This document shows, piece after piece, positions 58,264 through 64,000 of a stretch of DNA of 64,000 nucleotides. This DNA is from Patescibacteria group bacterium. Lineage in GTDB: Bacteria; Patescibacteriota; Minisyncoccia; UBA6257; GWB1-50-10. The stretch's first letter is position 1. Each line of letters starts with the position of its first letter. The notes beneath the pieces are model-generated. The model made no database searches, had not been told where the DNA came from, and saw only the letters and a program-made list of their open reading frames with translations. A program made the position numbers and the translations under genes. The stretch is taken from positions 32,313 through 96,312 of the forward strand of contig JBBTQX010000008.1 in NCBI GenBank assembly GCA_038065455.1, read 5' to 3'.

Positions 58264-59232
58264 ATGGCTACCCATCTTATCATCTTCGTTCTTTCATCTT
58301 TGGCCGTCTGGCTCTCCGCCGGAGTACTAATAGAATCGGTTGACCGGGTGGCGAAACATTTCCATAAAACGGCTTTCAGCGTCGCTTTTTTCGTCTTGGG
58401 CATTCTGACATCGCTCAGTGAAATATCGGTCGCGATAAATTCTTCTCTCGGAGGCGTCCCGCAGATATCGGTCGGGAATCTCGTGGGCGCCTCATTCGTC
58501 ATATTGCTTTTCATTATCCCCCTTCTTGCCATCGCGGGAAACGGGATGGGGTTGAAACATCTAATATCAAAGAAAAATATCATTCTCGCATTCGCCGTCA
58601 TCCTTCTGCCCGCCTTGCTCTTGGCTGACGGCGACATCACGAAATCGGACGGAGTCTTCGCGCTCATTGCCTTCTTTATACTCGTCTACGCGATCCATAA
58701 ACAGAAAGAATTTCCGAATAAGCTTGAGATGGTGCCCATAAATCCGCCGGTGGGCAAGAACGCCATAACTATAGATATTTTAAAAATTCTCGCCGGCGGA
58801 ACGATTATCTTCGTCGCCTGCCGGTATCTCGTCGAGCAATCCGTTTACTTCGCGACTTTTTTCAATATCCCTGGCTCAATTATCGGCCTCATTATTCTTT
58901 CAATCGGCACGAATGTTCCCGAACTCGTCATCGCCGCCCGTTCCATAATCAGGAAACACAAAGATATCGCTTTCGGCGATTATCTGGGCTCGGCGACCAT
59001 GAATACTCTTATTTTCGGCTTCCTAGCCGTCTCAAACGGAAGATTTTCCGTCGAACCAAAGGAATTCTATAGCGCTACGATTCTCCTGATTGTCGGGCTC
59101 TTCCTTCTTTATTTCTTCGCCCGTTCCCAGAACGCCATTTCCCGGAGAGAAGGTTCAATTCTCATAATCTTTTACGTCGTCTTCTTAATAATCCAATTTA
59201 TGAATATCGCCAGTCTAGCGACCAGAGTTTAA
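58264..59232 (+). CDS. Sodium/calcium exchanger-family antiporter
   Basis: Two repeats: TSLSE...GNLVGA and GTNVPE...GDYLGS. Confidence 0.88.
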   Translation: MATHLIIFVLSSLAVWLSAGVLIESVDRVAKHFHKTAFSVAFFVLGILTSLSEISVAINSSLGGVPQISVGNLVGASFVILLFIIPLLAIAGNGMGLKHLISKKNIILAFAVILLPALLLADGDITKSDGVFALIAFFILVYAIHKQKEFPNKLEMVPINPPVGKNAITIDILKILAGGTIIFVACRYLVEQSVYFATFFNIPGSIIGLIILSIGTNVPELVIAARSIIRKHKDIAFGDYLGSATMNTLIFGFLAVSNGRFSVEPKEFYSATILLIVGLFLLYFFARSQNAISRREGSILIIFYVVFLIIQFMNIASLATRV

Positions 59233-59260
59233 AACCTAAATCGGCTATACTAAAAAGATT

Positions 59261-59728
59261 ATGGAAGAAAAAGAAATCAGTTGGCGGGCTTCGGAATATG
59301 AGCACTTCGAAAAAGGGGGTGGCTGGTATCTTATGGTCGGCGGAGCGGCACTCATTCTGCTTTTGATAGCTCTTTGGCAGAAGAATTTCTTTTTTGGCAT
59401 ATTCATTTTGATTGCCGGCATTTTGGTCATTGTATTAGCCAACCGCAAGCCGGGTGTGCTAGATTTTAAACTAACCGAGAAGGGGTGCGAAATAGGCCGG
59501 GGAATTTTCTACGAATACGGTCAATTGGACAACTTCAGTTTGCACAACCGCCCCGGTCGGCTGGATGAAATGGTCATAAAAAAGAAAACCACTTTCAATC
59601 CATTCGTGAAGATACCCATAGACAGCCAGACGGCGGAAAAAGCGAGAATCTTCCTCGTGCAAAAACTGCCCGAGGTGGAATATAAAGATTCTTTCCTGGA
59701 TGTGTTGACGAATTTTCTCGGGTTTTAA
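59261..59728 (+). CDS. Conserved membrane protein (two TM helices plus PH-like domain)
   Basis: ISWRASEYEHFEK...WY; typical CPR hypothetical. Confidence 0.7.
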   Translation: MEEKEISWRASEYEHFEKGGGWYLMVGGAALILLLIALWQKNFFFGIFILIAGILVIVLANRKPGVLDFKLTEKGCEIGRGIFYEYGQLDNFSLHNRPGRLDEMVIKKKTTFNPFVKIPIDSQTAEKARIFLVQKLPEVEYKDSFLDVLTNFLGF

Positions 59729-59832
59729 AAAGCCATCGTCCCGACGCAATGGTCGGGACAGGTCGTTCAAAGCCGACGTTTAATCGGCTCTCCGATCTCG
59801 CTTTGCGAGCATCGGAGCGGATAGGACGAAAT

Positions 59833-60096
59833 ATGAAAGCATTTGTTTACATATTAAAATCGGAAATCGGAAGTCTTTATATCGGAAGTACGAACGATCT
59901 AAAAAGGCGGCTAAAACAGCATGAGACCGGACACACGCAAACAACCAGGAATTGGAAGATATATGAACTTATTTTTAAACAAGAATATCCGAATCTTCTC
60001 GATGCGAGACGAATGGAGAAGAAAATGAAGAATTGGAAAAGGAAGGATTATATTGAGAAAATTGTAAGGGACGGGTATATTAAAACAAGGTTATAG
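59833..60096 (+). CDS. Small GIY-YIG nuclease
   Basis: FVYILKS....YIGST.DL.RRL.QH..G...T...E..MK.WK. Confidence 0.9.
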   Translation: MKAFVYILKSEIGSLYIGSTNDLKRRLKQHETGHTQTTRNWKIYELIFKQEYPNLLDARRMEKKMKNWKRKDYIEKIVRDGYIKTRL

Positions 60097-60100
60097 ACAA

Positions 60101-60172
60101 GCCCTCGTCGTTCAACGGATAGGACGCAAGATTGCGGATCTTGTAATAGAGGTTCGATTCCTCTCGAGGGCA
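60101..60172 (+). tRNA. tRNA-Arg(GCG)
   Basis: GCCCTCG/CGAGGGC, CAAGA-TT GCG GA-TCTTG. Confidence 0.92.
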
Positions 60173-60218
60173 CAAAATGGAACGCGAGACACGCAGGTGT
60201 CTCGCGTTCCATTTTGTG
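60171..60218. repeat. Long perfect hairpin directly after tRNA-Arg
   Basis: CACAAAATGGAACGCGAGACAC-GCAG-GTGTCTCGCGTTCCATTTTGTG. Confidence 0.85.
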
Positions 60219-60271
60219 CGCCGGAGCATGTGCCGAAGGCACGCGAGGCGGTGCCGTGATATAATTTCTGG

Positions 60272-60772
60272 GTGATTACCAACGAGAATAACTATGCATT
60301 TATCGATAGCCAGAATCTATATAAAGGTATTCAAAGTCTCGGGTGGATATTGGATTGGACCCGCTTCCGATCATATCTCAAGGAAAAGTACGGCGTTACA
60401 ACCGCCTATCTCTTCATCGGCTTCATGCCGGAACACAATGATATTTATGACGAACTTCAAAAAGCTGGCTTCGTGCTGAAATTCAAACCAGTACTCCCGA
60501 ATGGCGATGGTGGCGTAAAGGGCAATGTGGATGCCGATCTTGTTCTTCAAGCAATGATTGATTTTAATGCCTACGAGAAAGCGGTCATTGTTTCAAGCGA
60601 CGGAGATTTCTATTCCCTCGTGCGACATCTCTATAACAACCGGAAACTCAAAATCGTCATGAGTCCCCACGTGAAGAACTGTTCCGTCCTCCTCAGGAAG
60701 TCAGCGAAGGAAAAGATTCTTTATATGAATACTCTTTCGACGAAGCTTGGAAAAAGAAAAAGCACCGCTTAA
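60272..60772 (+). CDS. NYN-domain (LabA/DUF88, PIN-like) protein
   Basis: AFIDSQNL, KGNVDADLV, IVSSDGDF. Confidence 0.9.
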   Translation: MITNENNYAFIDSQNLYKGIQSLGWILDWTRFRSYLKEKYGVTTAYLFIGFMPEHNDIYDELQKAGFVLKFKPVLPNGDGGVKGNVDADLVLQAMIDFNAYEKAVIVSSDGDFYSLVRHLYNNRKLKIVMSPHVKNCSVLLRKSAKEKILYMNTLSTKLGKRKSTA

Positions 60773-60896
60773 GGACGGAACCTTAAGAAGTGCTCTTTCA
60801 TAGGTATGCCGATAGTATAGCATATTATCGCTATAAGGCAACCGAAAACAAAAACGCCATCCTTTGGGGGTCTTTACAATCCAAAATCCGATGTAG

Positions 60897-60968
60897 TAGC
60901 CCTGAGGGGGATCGAACCCCTATTTGCTCCGTGAAAGGGAGCTGTCCTAGCCATTAGACGACGGGGCC
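60897..60968 (-). tRNA. tRNA-Glu(TTC)
   Basis: GGCCCCG acceptor, GCTCC-CT TTC AC-GGAGC. Confidence 0.93.
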
Positions 60969-60998
60969 GATGGGGCCTTAGAAGCAGTATATAAGAAA

Positions 60999-61652
60999 CT
61001 ATTGGAGATTCGCAACAATATTCACGGTGATGGCGAATTCATCGTCCACGCTCGCGACGAACGGAATGTTCGGAATAACGAGATTGTAGTCCGAACGCTT
61101 GATTTTCGTTTCAGCCGTACCGGTCATTTTTTCGCCTTCGATTTTAGCCGACACGAAAAAAGTTACCGGTTTTGTAACACCCGAAATCGTAAGGTTGCCC
61201 GAAACGGTAAAACCTGGAATTGTTCCGTTCATGCTCGCTGGCTTGAACTCAATGAATTTGTTCCCGGGATCTTCGGATTTGAGAATAAAGCGAGCAATCG
61301 CACCATCGCGCCTGGAATCGTCCGTCTTGAAAGTCTTGGCGTTTATTTTAATCGCTCCGATTTCAATCTTCGCCGGATTTTCCGAAACGATTATATCGCC
61401 AGCTACTTGATTCGTTGTTCCTATAGCCATGAAAGAGGTACCGTTAAGAATTTCGCCGATTTTGAACTCCGCTTTGGAATTTTCCTGCGAAATCCGATAA
61501 AGGCTCGTTCCGGAAGTTTTATCATTATTCAAAGTGTCGGCTACCGATTGGACATCTTGAACCGGTGAAGAAATTGGTCGAGTGGCGTATAGAAATCCCG
61601 CGACTCCGACTATGGCAATTCCTAAAACCCCGTATATGATGTTTTTGTTCAT
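60999..61652 (-). CDS. YceI-family lipid/polyisoprenoid-binding protein
   Basis: TM anchor; S.A.F.I.E, TDD.RRD, G.LTI.GVTKPV, I.RSDY. Confidence 0.88.
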   Translation of the reverse strand: MNKNIIYGVLGIAIVGVAGFLYATRPISSPVQDVQSVADTLNNDKTSGTSLYRISQENSKAEFKIGEILNGTSFMAIGTTNQVAGDIIVSENPAKIEIGAIKINAKTFKTDDSRRDGAIARFILKSEDPGNKFIEFKPASMNGTIPGFTVSGNLTISGVTKPVTFFVSAKIEGEKMTGTAETKIKRSDYNLVIPNIPFVASVDDEFAITVNIVANLQ

Positions 61653-61671
61653 AGACAACATCTTAACATAC

Positions 61672-61760
61672 TGGCGGAGGGGGTGAGATTCGAACTCACG
61701 GTGCCTTGCGGCACACCGCATTTCAAGTGCGGCGCGTTAGACCAACTCTGCCACCCCTCC
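61672..61760 (-). tRNA. tRNA-Ser(TGA)
   Basis: GGAGGGG/CCCCTCC, CCGCA-CT TGA AA-TGCGG, long variable arm, encoded CCA. Confidence 0.95.
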
Positions 61761-61830
61761 CTTACTGTTTTTGAGTGTAGAAAAAGAATTGCTAGGGTGC
61801 AAGCTTAGGAGTAAAATCGAAAGGCGCACT

Positions 61831-63660
61831 ATGGAAACCGACCTCAAACAAAAAGAACAGAAATTCTCACTAGCTTCCATTCGCGAACTTTTCCGGAACG
61901 GAAATCGGATCACTAAAATGCTCTGAAGCGAGAAGAAAAAAGAGATCGTCGCGATTCTCTTCTTTCTTTTTGCCGCTTCCGCCACGCCTTTCGTCCAGTC
62001 TTGGGTCAGGGGTTTGCTCATCAACGATCTGGTGAGTTCGGCCACGACCGGCGTCATCGCTGGTTCGCTTCTCGTCGTGACCGTCGTTTTGATAGGCGTC
62101 TCGTTCCTCCGGCCACTCTTCTTCTCCCTCCAGGAATATTTCCTCAAGATCTTCTGGTTCTTCCTGGAAGAGAAATTCGAACTGCTGGTCGTCAAAAAAT
62201 CAGGCGAGATAGACGTCGCCGTCTACGAAAATCCAGCCCGCAAGAACCTTTTCAGCCGAGTGCGGGAACAGGGCATTTGGCGCGTCCGAAGCTTCGTCGA
62301 CCGCCAGTTCTATCTCATCCAGAACATCATCGAGGTCGTGATCGCCATCGCCGTCATTGCAAGCTTCAATTGGTGGCTTTCCATCATAATATTCGCGGGA
62401 ACCCTACCAGAGCTTTTGAACGAAATATTCTACGGTCGCCAGGTATGAGGCATTTACAGCGGCAAGAGCGAGATCCGGAGGAAGTACACGAGCGTCCGGC
62501 GGCATTTTGAATCCCTGAATTCCATCGTGGAAATGAAGCTTTTCAAGAACATCCCCCATTTCCTGGAAAGAATGAAGGTTCTCTTCCTGGATTTCCGGAA
62601 CGAGGAATACGCTCACGAAAATAAGCAGCTCCGGCGGGAGATCGCGATGTCCGCCCTCTCGCAGGTCATGATCGCCTTCGGCACCGTTTGGTTCATCCTC
62701 GAAGTCGTGAACGGCCGGCTCCAAGTTGGCACCTTCACTTTCGTGCTCGCTTCGATCGTGGACCTGCGGCAATCGCTTTCCTCCCTTTTCCACAATGTCG
62801 GTCGGCAATACCAGGACAATCTCTTCGTTTCCGATATATTCGAATTCCTAGACTTAAAACCGGCTCTGTCTTACGAGGAGCTCAGCATCGTCCTGAATCC
62901 GAAGAAAACGCCGGAGATCGTCTTCGAAAATGTCACCTTCTTCTATCCCAATACCGGCACAGCCGCGCTCAAGAAGTTTTCGCTCACGATACCGCCGGGC
63001 GGCAAGTTCGCCTTCGTAGGGGCGAACGGCGCCGGCAAGACCACCGTTATCAAACTTCTCGCCCGTTTCTACGACCCGACCGAAGGAAGGATATTGATAG
63101 ACGGAAAGGATCTGCGCGAGATCGACCTTTCGAGCTGGTATGAACAGCTCGGTGCACTCTTTCAGGATTACGTCCATTACTTTTTCCAAGTGAAGGAGAG
63201 TATCGGCCTGGGAAGGACCGGATCCCCTTTATCCATGGAAAAGGTCAGATCGGCGGCCGTGAGAAGCGAAGCGGATAAATTCATAGAAATGTGGGATAAG
63301 GCCTACGAACAGCTTTTGGGCCACGAGTTCAGCGAAGGCGTGGAGCCTTCGATCGGCCAATGGCAGAAACTCGCGCTCGCCCGCACTTTCTACCGGGATC
63401 CGAACGTCTTCATACTCGACGAACCAACCTCGTCGATAGACGCGGAATCCGAGGCGAAGATATTCGAGAAGTTGGAAAAGCTCCCGAAAGACAAGACTGT
63501 CATCCTTATTTCTCACCGCTTCTCGACCGTCCGCCAGGCGGACACGATCGCGGTCATCGAGGACGGCTTTCTCAGGGAATTGGGCATGCACAACGCCCTC
63601 CTGAAGAAAAAAGGTATTTACGCCCGGCTCTTCAAACTCCAGGCGAAGGGGTATAAATAA
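61831..63660 (+). pseudogene. ABC exporter (TMD plus NBD fusion) with two in-frame TGA codons
   Basis: One frame runs from ATG 61831 to TAA 63660 with TGA at 61924 and 62446; GANGAGKTT, SIGQWQKLALAR, LDEPTS, ISHR. Confidence 0.85.
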
Positions 63661-63689
63661 AAATCCGGCGTAAAGCCGAATTTTTTTGT

Positions 63690-64000
63690 GGTGTTTGTTT
63701 GAAAAAGTCAGAACCCATTTTGCGGAGAATCCCCACGAATGAGGACGCCCCGCCACCTGCCCGAATACTTGGAGGGCAAGAACGCGCTGACGGCGGAAAA
63801 GCGCACACTAGAAGAAAAATTGAGCGATTTTGAACGCAAAGGCAATTATTGGCTCGAACTCATGCGAAACTGGATTATTGAAGCCAACCAAGCCGGAAAT
63901 CTCATTAAACAAGAAAATCTTTCGGGGATGAAAGATTTTCTTGCAGACATCGGCTCGAACCGCCGCGTAGCGGCGGGAATGCTTTTGGCGGATTTCAAAA
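63690..64000 (+). pseudogene. Fragments resembling the C-terminus of a CPR-type large serine recombinase
   Basis: EYLEGKNALTAEKRTLEEKLSDFERKGNYWLELMRNWII..A..A...FL.DIGSNR and FEKVRTHFAENP; recognised from memory, no catalytic domain seen. Confidence 0.5.

Overview
This window is about 64 kb of chromosome from a reduced-genome bacterium. The gene set points to Patescibacteria/CPR, probably Parcubacteria: a full type IV pilus/competence cluster with comF, short IF2, tRNA-Arg(GCG), and TATAAT boxes just ahead of start codons. The taxon is an inference. Positions 1-24 kb and 53-62 kb hold core genes (cca, recG, single-chain PheRS, gatCA, ligA, pil cluster, clpP, tyrS, infB, rbfA) and 12 tRNAs. 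One tRNA, the probable initiator tRNA-fMet, is split by a 722-nt group I intron that carries an antisense LAGLIDADG-like ORF. Positions 24.4-53 kb are accessory mosaic. They contain a dense toxin-antitoxin array with REP-like palindromes, two 1113-bp IS481-family copies with 5-bp target duplications, and a fibre-like surface-protein operon. They also contain proteins with T9SS-type C-terminal domains whose 3' ends recur between cassettes, and an intact six-gene nucleotide-modifying operon (NMP kinase, CYTH, cytidine deaminase, HD, unknown 475 aa, SAM methyltransferase) with remnants of paralogous copies. Several core genes carry in-frame palindromic or heptamer micro-insertions. Family assignments come from motif recognition by eye, not database searches.
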